This document shows positions 26,223 to 38,235 of a stretch of DNA of 64,000 nucleotides, piece after piece. Each line of letters opens with the position of its first letter. Within the stretch, counting starts at the first letter, position 1. The notes beneath the pieces are model-generated. The model saw nothing but the letters and a program-made list of their open reading frames with translations, had not been told where the DNA came from and did no database searches. The DNA comes from Ramazzottius varieornatus (taxonomy: Eukaryota; Animalia; Tardigrada). The stretch is from the NCBI GenBank assembly GCA_001949185.1, contig BDGG01000013.1, forward strand, positions 751,845 to 815,844. Direction: 5' to 3'. The position numbers and the translations under genes are program-made.

Positions 26223-28153
26223 TTTTAAAGTGCCTATCATCTCGCGGACGTTTCGGACCCGGTTAGCATTTACGTGTACCGGGTGTAGGTTAGCGGGTCA
26301 CTGTACAGCTGATGTACGGTAATGCATGTACCGTGCAATTTCTCAAAGCTCTTCTTTTCTGTCACCGACTTCCGATTAGTGAACAGTAGTCACCTCTAAC
26401 TGTACGTGGGATACTTCATACTTATTACGCGAATGGGACGACCGTAGAACCGGTATTGTGCGGACGAAAACGACGGCTAGTCGATGAGTATCACATAGAG
26501 AAAAGTCTCAAGGGAATATCCATTCGTCAATTTACATTGCTGAAAAATATTCCAGAGACTACGTTACACAGTTGGCTCAAGAAGTAAGTATGATCCTCAC
26601 CTCATCTATTTGTAAATTTTGCTCCTCTACTGCATCGAGTAAACCTTAAATCTGAAACGTATGAATAGGCCTACCGATTCACCGGCAATGAAGAGGAAGC
26701 GACAAGAATGTTTCCCTGATATGGAGAAGGAGGTTTACCTTTACGTCTTGTTACAACGCGACGAGCAGCTGGAAGTCCTGAACTGCGATATTCAAGAAAA
26801 GGCATTGGAAGTAGTTAACCGAGATCATGGTGAAGATCCAGGCTTTGCAGCTTGTAATCGATGGGTCCTCGACTTCCGCAAGCGTTTCTGTCTTGTGTAC
26901 CAGAGAATCACAAAAATCGGACGCAAGATGTCTTTCACAGCAGACGATATCGTAAGCAGGAAAAACCTTGTTTGTATGCTTGTTTATATTTATGTTTGTC
27001 CTGTACGGCGTACCAAAGTGCCTCCACTCTGCGCTATGGTACACCATCGTCTCAAGACGTGTGTTCCGTGGTAATTGAAACCATGCTGTTTCAGATAAAT
27101 CACGAGAATTTCTTCCTGTTGATCGAGGAACACATCTACGCTCACCAGACTCCCAAAAATCGTATACTCAACATGGATCAGACAATGATTCGACTAGTGT
27201 CGCCGGGGAAGAAAACTGTATCGTCCAAGGGAGTGAATGGTGTAAGATCATGTTTGGAGTTTAGTGGAGTCTTGACTCATTTCGAATTTTTGATGTTGGA
27301 ATCGTAGGTGTCTGTCAAGCATCCTCCAGGCGAAAAAGAAGGGTTCACGATTAATTTGACAATCGGTGCTGACGGCAGAAATCTCCCGGCGAAAATTGTC
27401 TTCAAAACTGCGGCTAAGAGTGGCAAGTTGTCAGACAATTTTGTGGCGAAGTTGGAAGCTCCTACGAATGTCATTATCAAGAGTGCGTGGAGTGTTTGGT
27501 GGAATGAGGATCATGACAGAAAATATATTGAAAAAATGTTTCCCATGAATCAAGAGTTCACGGTGTTAGTGAGAGACAGCCATTCAGTTCACAAATGTCC
27601 GCAGATTTGGGGTATGCTCGATGATCGAAATACAAAACAGATCATCATACCTGGTGGAATGACTGGGAAGTGGCAGCCATTAGACGTGAGCGTCAACAAA
27701 TGTTTTAAAGACTACTTCAGAGCTTCGTATCGCTCCTGGCGGAAGAACAACATCGGCTTCACCAAAAGTAGAAATCTGCGAAAGCCAGAAAAAAAAATTT
27801 CGTAGTCCATTTCTGAGTCGTGGGATAAAGTTAGCGAAGATACCGTGCGAACATCTTTTTACGCTTCTGAAGTTTTACGACGTGAAAAATCTCTGCCTAA
27901 CCAGAGCAAGTTTTCCGTAGGAGAGGTTGTTGAAGAGCCGGATAGCGATTTGGACGTAAGTTTTTACAACGAAAGCTCTTTTGTGGAGTCTGATATTGAA
28001 ACCGATGCGGTGCAAGTTAATTCCGAAGATATGACGTAGCATACATGGCCTATCGTATTGATTTACAGCTGTACTTGAACTTCTGTATTTTTCGCCACGC
28101 ATAAATGTGCCACCCGGGTCCGAAACGTCCGCGACATGATCGGCACTTTAAAA
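26223..28153 (+). mobile_element. pogo-superfamily (DD35D) transposon with introns and a decayed transposase; TA TSD
   Basis: TIR ttttaaagtgcc.atcat.tcgcggacgtttcggacccgg at both ends. CENP-B-type HTH; NMDQT, RDSHSVH and QPLDVSVN, with 35 residues between the last two Asp. Confidence 0.9.
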
Positions 28154-28554
28154 TACATGTTGGTGGCTCTGAACAGACTTCAGTTTATCATCGTCGACTG
28201 GATCCGATCAGTTAAATGCGAAAGACTTGGCGGATCTACCGGAATGAGCTACAACGACTCCGGCAGCCTGGACTTGTGGTGCCGACAGCACCTTCGGCAA
28301 AACGAATCCAATATCCTGATTGAGAATACCGAACTGAATACCCTCTGGGCTATTTCTTCGTCAGTCATTACGGTTGGTGGATTGGTGGCCACTTTCGGTT
28401 GCACACTAGCCGTCAACACGTTGGGCATGAAAGGTTCACTGTTGTTCACCAGCGTGGTATTCACTGTGGGAACGCTTCGTGCACCTGCTTACCGGGTTAC
28501 TGAAAAAAATGTACGGCTCGCTGTATGTAGGTGGATGAAGCAACAGTTTCTTAC

Positions 28555-29175
28555 CGTAAGCGCCACCGTAGGCCTTCCTGGTGATTATGGTGATCTTTCG
28601 TACGGTGGCTTCAGCGTAAGCATACAGCAATTTAGCCTCATGTCGGATGATGCCTTCGTACTCTTGAGCGGTGCCTGGAAGGAACCCCGGCACATCGACG
28701 AACGTGATTATCGGAATGTTGAAGGCGTCGAAGAAGCGAACGAAGCGCGCGCCTTCTACCGAAGCGTTGACATCCAAACAACCTTCAAAAAACGAATTTG
28801 TAAGATTGCGAAGTTCAAGTTGGCAAAACATGTTTTACCGGCTGCGACTTTTTCGGTTGGTTTCCCACAATATCAACGGTCCTGCCGTTCACCCTGCCGA
28901 ATCCCGTGATGATATTCTTGGCGTAGTCCGGCATGATGTCGAAGAAGTCAGCTTCGTCGACGATCGGTTCGATGACATCGAGCATGTTGTCGGCGGCGGT
29001 GGACTGTAGCGGAATGACGGTGTCTAGTGAGGGAATATCCCGTTCCCACGGGTCAATATTGGCTCGGATGGGTGCAGCGTCCTGGTTGGAGAGGGGCAGG
29101 TAGTTCATGAAGGAGCGCAGGTTCAGCAAGGCGTCAATGTCGTTCTCGAAAGCCCGGTGCGCCACACCGGAAACG
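28555..29175 (-). pseudogene. PCCB: Propionyl-CoA carboxylase beta chain internal fragment (two exons plus intron, frameshifted)
   Basis: [81 protein letters not shown]. Two extra bases at NQPK. Confidence 0.9.
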
Positions 29176-29179
29176 GGTC

Positions 29180-31117
29180 AATCTTGTGGCGTCGGTTTTC
29201 GATCTGGTTGACAAAGGCGAAATCAAGGTAGGACCGTATCCTGGTATGCACAAAGGCATGATACCTCTCCATGAGTCGTCTGGAGTGTTCGTCAAAAAGG
29301 GAATACCCAGAAGGTTAAAGTTGGTGTTACAGGTGTAACGAGCCACCATCATCGGCCCCAGCAGCATGACGGCTTGCTGGTTGGGCCTGACTACTCAGTA
29401 GGCAAATCGCGATATTAATGGCCCAGGATGGGACACTCGTTACTGTGTCAGGTTGAGAGATTGACGGAATCCGGTTCAACCGTTATTTCCGGATTCACCT
29501 CTTTCTCGGCACTCCTTTCCGGGCCCGTTCCCGTTCGACGGGCTATGGATCTGCCGCATGGGTAGCAAGTGGGCATCCCATTTTCCCAGTGCTGAATCAA
29601 CGCGGCGTAACCTACGGATGAATAACGTCGCTGGCCTTTGCGATAATCTAGAGTTCGCCGGTAGCGATGTATGCAGACTAATCTCGCTTACCCGATAAGA
29701 GACGAAAGTTGTCCTCGGTGGTTGGCACGGCGTCTCTCATGTATGTGTCACTGGTGCTGGCAGCCTCATGGCGGTGGCCGACGTCAAGTATATCGATTGC
29801 CGCACGAAGGACCTTCGTGGGAGTTGTTGCCTGTGAGCCGGCTAGTGAATAGACGTTGGTTGGCGTTGCCGAGTGGAAAGAGTCGTCATCTTCCGTAACC
29901 AGGTCCACTTGCTGCCTCGATTCTCCTTCTGCTTCGTCGAACATTACCGGCGATACGTTCTGTTTCCTACCACAAGCTCCATAAGCATCATATCTTGACG
30001 TCGCATTCACTAGTGCCTTTTTATTCTCTCATTCTAGAAAGGCTGTATGATTTACTTACGGCACGGTTTAAGGGTTCCGCAATCCCCGATGGCTCTATAC
30101 CAGCTAGCGGCTTCGCAGGCTGATCATTGCTGGCTGTCCGTGCCGATCTAGACGGTGACTAGACAGAGAAGATTGCTGTGTGGCGATCGAGCATGCAGTT
30201 TGTCGTGGACGCAATTCCAGTCGCGTCCTGCGCATTTTACGTGTCGCACGCTTACTGTGGGCAGAAAAAACTTTACATGGTTAACCGGTACAGGAGAGGC
30301 CATGACAGCTAGAGGCGCTGAGCCTTGCGGCGGTGGGGGGACGTGGTCGCACTTCCCCGAGAGTTACATCACTGCGGAATCGTCGGATTCTATGCTCGTC
30401 AAAGTATTCAACGTGGTAGGCAGGTCCTTCAAAGTTTCCGTTGACCCGAACAGAGCCAAACACCATCTGTTGCCGGTCTAGCGTGAAGAACAAGGCTGAC
30501 GTCCCTGGGTGCAAGTCCTCCTTCAACTGCAACGAAAAAACAGTGGACGTGAGTCGACTTGCGTCCACTAATTTCCCCGAAAGAACTATTGTGAAGAATA
30601 ACGGATAATCTTACGGAGAGCTCATGAGCTCGCTGATTGTCAGAGTCTAGCAAGTGAACGACGCGTCGAGATCGTCGTGAGAGCGCCATGAAAAGAACCT
30701 TGCCGACAAAGTCGTCAGTGTCGCCTGCAATGATTTCGCCTACGGCCAGACAAAAGTAATACACTGGGTCAGATGCAAGATTTACTGAGAGAAGCCAGTG
30801 TACCGTATAACTTAATCTGTTCCACCTTCTTCTCCCGCTTCGCATCGTCTGCGCGCACCATTTCCTCCGCTTCTTCTCTCTGCCAAGTAATTAGGATAAG
30901 TCCTGCCTTTAGTCTTATATTAGACTGGTATAATATGCCACCAGGACAATCTTACACAAGTTTTCCCAGGCTCTTTTTGTAAGAAGTAGGTCGTGTCGAT
31001 GTTGGGGCCGTCCAGTTGGTCGGATATGGCTAGCAAGGAGCTCTTCTTTCCAGTGGGTAGAAACTCCACTACCGAAATGTTGGGATCACCGGACCACGGG
31101 CGAACGCGTTTCGTCAT
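29180..31117 (-). CDS. Multi-exon orphan gene (possibly decayed), 3' end abuts the PCCB fragment
   Basis: ATG at 31117 and a series of strong donors (tgt|gtaaga, tcc|gtaaga, cc|gtaagt, g|gtaagc) with pyrimidine-rich acceptors that join ORFs 30920, 30429, 30281 and 29678. No family recognised. Confidence 0.5.
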
Positions 31118-31217
31118 GGTTCAGTGGTACGCTCAAATCCTACAAAACGCAAAGGTTCTAGTGGACGCAAACCCTGCCGCATCCGCTCTTTTTCCCGCTC
31201 AAATCCCCACACCTGCG

Positions 31218-31284
31218 CGTGACGTCACGGCATATTGTACATTGCTGGTTACAGTGCTATACAGGCGGAATAAACATGACGTCA
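31218..31284. promoter_or_regulatory. Two palindromic CRE/ATF sites (TGACGTCA) upstream of the orphan gene
   Basis: cgtgacgtcacg at 31218-31229 and tgacgtca at 31277-31284, about 100-170 bp upstream of ATG 31117. Confidence 0.4.
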
Positions 31285-31796
31285 CGTGTTGCACAAGCCT
31301 CAGCGGGCCAAACCGTACTCTTCACGCCCGTCTCGTCACGTTGCGATGACAAGTGTGCGAAGAACTTCCCGTCGAGAGACTGGACATTTTAAACATCTTT
31401 TCTTGGCATACGACTGGGACGAGCCAACGGCAAAGACTTACCGTAACAATGCTTTTTCCTGTTCTTGGATGAGTTAAGATGACATGGCCGTTCGAAGTTG
31501 TTCCGTGCACCTGAGTACTCAGGCACGATCCAACGAGGATGTCCACCAAGACTGGCTCGGCAGGCTTTATCGATGCAGTAAAGATGGCAACTGACGGGAT
31601 GAGACACGGTTTCATCAGCGGGAGAAGTGGATAGGGAGACGGAAATCCGGGAAATTCGCAATCAAGAAGTCTAAACCCAAAGGTCGGTGCGGGTGCAGTT
31701 CAACGTGAACAGTAAAAAATGTCGGGGTGAGTTATTGAGATTCCGCTGCTGACTACGCGTACCGATGAGTCATCGGTTGGTTCGGTGCCCGTTGAG

Positions 31797-34700
31797 TAGA
31801 CCTGGCAATGGTGTGGTTTACCACACCACTCCGAAAAAAACCACACTTTTCGGTTTCGGTGTGCGCAAAACACCAAACCGAAAAAAGTGGTGTCCGTTTT
31901 ACACCGAATCGTCGGTTTCGGTGTTCGAGGACACCACATCACACCAAACCGAAAAACTCTCGGTGTACCGGTGTTAAATAATAAAACAAATAAATAAGAC
32001 CATTACCGCAAATCCTCGACTACGCTCGGTAGTTGATTGACACACGGTGTTGATTATTTCGTGCTGCAGAGACCCATAATCTGACAGATGCGGGTTGTTT
32101 TCCTATGGATGTGTACCTTCTTGTCCTTTATCGAACTTTCGCCCATATCCTCTGAACTCAGCTAGGTAGCATGTTTCGAAATAGGTTAACGTGGGACCAA
32201 GAGCTGGAGCAAATTCGCGCGGAGAGCGAAGAGAGAGATGGCACACGACTCGAAAGGGATGATGGCGAAATAGCCGACACCCATGTGCTAATGGATACTG
32301 CCCCAGCTGCCTCGCCGTCCCCGTCTCTAAGTTCACCAACGTCGACTGTCAAGAGCAAGAAGAGTGCGAAAGATGTGAAACATCGAGCGCCTGTCTACAA
32401 GTACTGGAAGCATGATGAAAGAGCCAAGAAGTTCAAGTGTGGCTTTGGTAACTGCACGCAGACTTACGCGGACAGCAATTCCAGCTCTGTACTATCAACT
32501 CATACCAAGGGTTGTCATCGAACCGACTGGGAGAAAGCAGAAGGAAAGACGGCCAACTCCACCAGCTCACAATCAGCAGCAGTCCCGAAAGCCTTTCAGC
32601 CCGTCGTTCCAAAAATGAGCCGTAAAGAGCAGCAAGCGCTTGATGATCGACTCAAGCGACTCATCACCGGCGGAAATCTACCCTTCGCTCTTGTGGACTA
32701 TCCTGAATTCATAGAGTTTGCCCGAGCTTTGAATCTTTTGTAAGAAGTCCCCAGCAGGAACACATTGAAAGCCTGGCTCGTTGCGGATTTCGGGAAGTAC
32801 AGGCAGAAGGCAAGCCCTACTGCTTGAAAGTAATTTTACTCTGGACTCATTTAACATTTGGTCATAGTGCAATTTGTTTTCTAGGTGAGGGGACAGTTGG
32901 CTAACGTACCTGGCAGAATCTCCCTAACGTTAGACCCATGGACATCTGTAGCCCAGGAAGGATACATGGAGATTACTGCACACTGGGTGACTTCTGAACT
33001 CGAGCTAGAGGAACTACTGCTCGGGTTTGTCAGCTTACCAGCAGAACATTCCAGAGAAGCTCTGAAGGAAGAAGTCACGGCAGTCTTAAGAGAGTACGGT
33101 ATCGCGCACAAGACGTTCGGTTGGACCATGGATGGGACTGCTAACATGAAAGCCTTTTTTAACGATATAAAACCAGAACTTCAACTAGAAAGCAAAAGTT
33201 AGAATGTCAATACACGAGGTACAACATCACGAACCAGTTTTGTACGAGAAAAGTTCAAAGACTAACTTGCTTTGGTAACTAAGACCTAATGTGCTGGAAA
33301 AATATTTTTTATTTGTTTTTTGCAGTGTCGGAATTCCGTCTACGATGTGTCTACCATGTAATGAGCAACGTAGCAGAAGTTGGTGTCGAAGATGACCTGA
33401 AGATTGTAGGCCGAATACGCGAAATGGTAAAATTCGTCCGAAAGCCTAAAGCAAAGAAGCAGTACATCGCGTTACGAGGGTCAGAGAAGGACAAGGACAA
33501 AGACAGGCACCTCAGATTACCCTTGGATGTCTCGACAAGATGGAACAGTACTCTACCAATGCTGCGCGGTGCTTACGAGGCAAGACATCATCTGAAAAGG
33601 TATGCTGCTACTTATGGTACCACCGCGTTCAAGAAGAATTTGCTCAAAGATTCCGAATGGGAAGACGTGAGCCGTCTGATAAGTTTCCTGGTGCCGTTAG
33701 AGCAAGCTACTAACGACTGCTCGGCATCACGTTGTCCTACATTTCATCTCGGCAAGCAGTGTCTTTCAGTTCTCCACGACCACTTCAAGGTAAAAATAGT
33801 TAAGTGAGAAAAGAGCTGCGTTAATTTGTCAAATGTAGTTCCACGTCTCCACTTCGGATCATGGATTCTCAAGTTACTTTATTGGAACAAAACTATTTTT
33901 TCACGGAATTCGATCTAGTTACATATTGAAATCCGAATGGAAGTTGCTCTTCTCTCAGGTTAATTATTTTTCCTTAAGGTTGTGCAAGATGATCCAACCG
34001 AGGTAAGGGTGAACTTCCGAATTCACTAAATTGGTGTTTGTGCATGATAATCATTTGCAGAAACCCTATATCAAAAGAACTGCTGCGAAGATGGCAGCCA
34101 AGCTGACGTCAGTGGAGCCCGATAGTTGGCAGCAAAAAGCCGCAACCGTGGCTCTTCTTTTGGATCCATGCGCCAAAACAAATGCCTTCGCGCACCCGGA
34201 AGAAAAGCTACGAGCCATTGAAGTGCTGAAGAAATACGTCGGTCTTTACTCTGATCAGAGTATCGGAATTCCGCACAGTTCCACTGTTACAAACTCACAG
34301 CCTGCATCTCTACGCGATTCTTCCCTGCAAAAAATCACCAGCGGTTTGACTGCTCAACAGAACGAAGTCGACAGTTATCTCGGAAGCTCTGCGGAGCCAA
34401 AATGTGGCGTGCTGCTGTGGTGGAAGTCCCGCCGTGATGTTTTCCCTGTTTTATCTGAAATCGTAATGGACTTCATGGCTGTATCTGCATCTTCGGTACC
34501 ATCTGAACGTTGGTTTTCTCGCGCTGGCAAGGTTGTTACCAAGTATAGAAGTTCGCTTGATAGTTTCACCGTGCAAGTTTCAATGTGTTTAGAATCTTGG
34601 TATTTTTTTTGAGTTTCCGTGTGCGGCGCAGTTTGATTTGTCGATGTCGAACTAATATTGAAAACTAGCTCTTAATAATTTTTCGGTTTTTCGATTTGGT

Positions 34701-34859
34701 ATGGTGTGGTGTACCGAAAGTTTGGTGTGGGATTTGCACCACACTAAAAAACGTGGTGCGACTTTCGCACCGAAAAAGTAATTTCGGTGTGGAGAAACAC
34801 CAAACCGAAAAATAGCACACCACACTTTACCACACTTTACCACACTTTTGCCAGGTCTA
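31797..34859 (+). mobile_element. hAT transposon (3063 bp), 8-bp TSD CCGTTGAG, intron-containing transposase 32171-34612
   Basis: TIR tagacctggcaa...ttgccaggtcta; subterminal acaccaaaccgaaaa repeats; BED finger, LDPWT, RCVYH, DVSTRWNST, SVPSERWFS. In-frame TAA at 32741-32743. Confidence 0.95.
33789..33973. mobile_element. Small TIR element coinciding with hAT transposase intron 33790-33978
   Basis: tcaa|ggtaaaaatagttaagtgagaaaagagc ... gctcttctctcaggttaattatttttcc|ttaa. Confidence 0.6.
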
Positions 34860-34960
34860 CCGTTGAGCGCTTCGACATGTCGTGTGCAGGTGGGACGTCA
34901 GGCTGAGTCAAGGCCATTGGCCACCGTTACATACCGTGTGCAGCAATCGAAGTGTTGCTA

Positions 34961-35113
34961 CAGTGCACGACAAAATAAGCTTTCAAAAATGGGCGGAGCA
35001 TCTCAAATGTTGTCGAAGAATCAAAATACTGTAAGCCAAGGCACAAATTTGATTCGCTGCGTCCAGCTGGTTCCGTTGACCCCATTTTCGAAAGTTTATT
35101 TTGTCGCACACTG
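34961..35113. mobile_element. Tc1-type MITE (153 bp), ~33-bp TIRs, TA TSD
   Basis: ta|cagtgcacgacaaaataagctttcaaaaatggg ... cccattttcgaaagtttattttgtcgcacactg|ta. Confidence 0.88.
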
Positions 35114-38042
35114 TAGCATGAGGACAGGCTGCTACCTTTCCTGCGTCATTACGATCGTCTATTCTGAACTTGCCCAACGTTGAATGGACCGCCGATAGCT
35201 AGTTCTATGCTACGACCGGTAAGTTAAATGTTTCTCATGGTCTGAGTGAACGTGCACATGTCAAGAAGTAATGCGTGAAGGGCTGCGCGTTTTTACGGAC
35301 ATCTTTGGAACTTTCGGGAAGACCGTCGCATGGCGTGGGCAGATCTCAATGGATTGACCTAGGTTACGTACTGCGCATCGGGCCTTCTCGCACGATCAAG
35401 GATCATGTACGTTTCCGGTGTCACACCTCAGCGCCCTACTGGACCAAACCTCCACGGCTTTGACCGAGTATAGTCAGACGGACGCTCAGCAGGTCTTGAC
35501 CGACCTCGAGGACTACTACCTTCACTTCTTCATTCCTTTTGCGGAGGAAGTGCGGAGTAAAATGTGTCCTGTGCAACAGGTGGCAGCTGTCTTGGGAATA
35601 TCAATACAAGAAGCTAGCAATCTTTTCCCGACTTCTTTTTCACGTTCAAGAACAGATTCAGTTCTGGTTTTAGAGAATAATGTAGAGGAGTTGAGAACGG
35701 TGGTTAAGGTGACTAACGGACATTCGCTGGAAGGTGATGGTTTTCCTGTAGCTAATGAACCTACGTGAAGAGAAACCTGGCCGCTTGACTTCCCAGTGTG
35801 AGTAAAGCCGCTGAAGGTCCACCGTTGACGGCTCGTTAATTTTCGTGTAGGCAGATGCCGCTTGGTAATAGCCTTAATTCGAACACGTGAAAGTTCTGGA
35901 ACCTAAATTGGCGAGTGCCATTTCATGTTCGCTTTGTCTCAATGGGTATCTTCTTTCGAGTTGCTTATCGCTGGCAGGTTCCTTGTTGGAGCTGCAATGG
36001 GCTTCATCTGCGTTGTACCACCGCTGTATATCTCTGAGCTCACGCCGTCGACACTCCGTGGAACAGTCGGTAGCATTCCAATGATGCAAGTCGCTCATGA
36101 ACTGACACGTAATCAAAGGTTGGACATGGACTGAACCCTCACTTAAATTTGAATTTTTGTGTTTTTCTGCAGAATGTACGTTGCCGGTATGATATTCGGG
36201 ACCACATTTGGCTTGCCAATTCTGGGGACGAATAATTCTGGGGACGAACGATGCCTGGCCGATACTCGTCGTAGTTCCATTAATACCTATTCTGATTTTC
36301 TTCTTGACACTACCATTCTGCCCTAACAGTCCGCGCCACTTACTCAAGACGTCCAAAGATCCAGAAGGAGGTCTATCTCGTCTTTTAATTTCTAGGTTCG
36401 GCCTTAATGGAGAAAGCTGGTCGAAAGACGTTATTACTTGGTGCCAACCTGGGGGAAATACTGGCGCTAGGCTTCCTCGTAGCCTCCATGGTGTTGACAA
36501 AACAAGGCTATACCTGGACGCAGTACAGTAGCGTGGCATGTATATATCTGTTCATGGCCTGCTTCGGTATTGGACCTTCGCCGGCACCGTGGATTCTCCC
36601 AACGGAGTTGTTCGGACCGGATGCTAACGCTTCGGCCATGACGTGGACAGCTGTGACAGCATGAACAGGTTCCCTCGTGACATCTTTTACCTTTCCGATA
36701 GTGGTAGCCGTCGCCGTAGAGTACACTTTTCTTATCTTTGTTGGCTTTTTAGTAGTATCGTCAACATTTTTATTTTTCCGATTGCCAGAAACCAAAGGTC
36801 GCTCGGTGTAGGAAGTGCAGGCTATTTTGCATCGCCGTAAGCCGTAGCATTCTGCGGGATACTGTGAGAAAATAATCGACCGTTTCTTAATAGGCAACAA
36901 CAAATGCGCATGCTGCACCGTTGATTTGATAGTCATTTATTTTGCTTCAAAGATGGCTGCCGCATCTTGCTTGCTCGATCGGCTTCGATTGAGGAAAAGC
37001 GACAGCAGTTTTGCTTTCTGGCTTCGAAGTTCAATCCTACAAAAGTAATGCTGGTCAAGCAAGTCAATTATTCAAATACAAGGCAGTCGAGACTGAAAGT
37101 CGTTTGCTGTCAGGTATAAAGAACAGATTCTCGGGCTGCTGTTTCCCAGAATCCACCAAGTTGTACCCCGGCTCTGGGAGACATCGGAGCGCCACCTACA
37201 GTAGTACAAGGCAAGAGGCAACGGTAAAACGTATGCCACCCGGCCAATACGACAAACAACAGGGGTCCGGTTCACCCCCAGTGGTGGGCTCAAGGTTCTT
37301 TCGAGTAGTACGACAGATGAAGGTCGATACGTACAAGAACTTTAGAGTCGTGTACAGAGTTGAAGATCAGTAGAAATATATTTCCCTGCCGAAAATTCTC
37401 GCTGGATATCCCTATGCCAGCTACCGCGTACAAAGAAACGAAAATAAAACTTCCAAACAGGCGAGCTATTGCTATTTGACGCTGGTTTTTTTTCTATTTG
37501 TCGCTTCCGGGGTATTTTCTAAACTGCTCAGGAAACGACTTTTTCAGGAGGGGGGTTAGTCGAACTCTGAAAACCGCTTATGTAGTTATTAAGAGCACGC
37601 CTTAAAGTATCAAATGGCAGAAGCATTCGAAAAACGAACGAATGACGAAATTTTGGCGGAGACGTCCATGTAGGGAAGAAAACTGGAAGAGCCGTTTTTT
37701 GCACCAATTTTCTATGCATGCAGTACAGGCCGAATCAGCTGTTTCCGCCACGCGGCTATCTGTCTCTTATGACTCACCGAAAACTTTACCGACATGCTAT
37801 TGTTCACGAAGGTGCTTGCCAAGCCAGGATTTTTTTCCGCACAGGGAACGGTGATGAGCAACTTTTCGGACAATGGTCAAAGATTCATTACCGTGTCATC
37901 GTCTGTCACCTGCCAACTTTGCTTGTGTCCTCATGAGCTTTAGATGCTTATGCTCTTAGATGGGTGAGAAGCCCGCGTGTCTGCGAAGCGCCAAATAGCA
38001 AAAATCAGCGTCACATGATCACTGCAGCTATTTAACTACGTA

Positions 38043-38235
38043 CATGCACGAAGAGAAAGCTTGAAACAGTAAAAAGTTTGGAACAGGCGATTCCGAAACA
38101 GCGGAACGGGAGTTCTTATGTATGTGTTCCACACCAATGCACTTTTTGACAATTTTCTCCGTTTGAATTTTCAGTTTGCCGTCTTTCCCGCCTGTTTCAT
38201 ACTTTTCACTGTTCGAAACGTTACCTTCGTGTTTG
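38043..38235. mobile_element. Degenerate MITE, TA-flanked
   Basis: catgcacgaag...aacagtaaaaagtttggaacaggcg is inverted relative to cgcctgtttcatacttttcactgtt...cttcgtgtttg. Confidence 0.65.

Larger units (their letters stand above)
26128..36847 (+). pseudogene. GLUT/SLC2A-like sugar transporter pseudogene, split by two insertions
   Basis: Pieces 26128-26222, 28154-28477 and 35922-36847 are collinear: SFGS, AGRFLVG, YISELTP..LRG, CPNSPR, EKAGRK, GIGPSPAPW..ELF, PETKGR. Also a small tandem duplication (~36218-36248), an internal deletion near 36370, frameshifts, a nonsense codon, and a probable GC-AG intron at 36086-36172. Confidence 0.88.

Noticed and set aside
31800-31980. Short direct repeats resembling a CRISPR array
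   Set aside because: hAT subterminal repeats mirrored at the other end; no regular spacers; eukaryotic context.
28478-35921. Canonical Helitron call for the large insertion
   Set aside because: No 3' CTRR with hairpin, no A|T target and no Rep/helicase.
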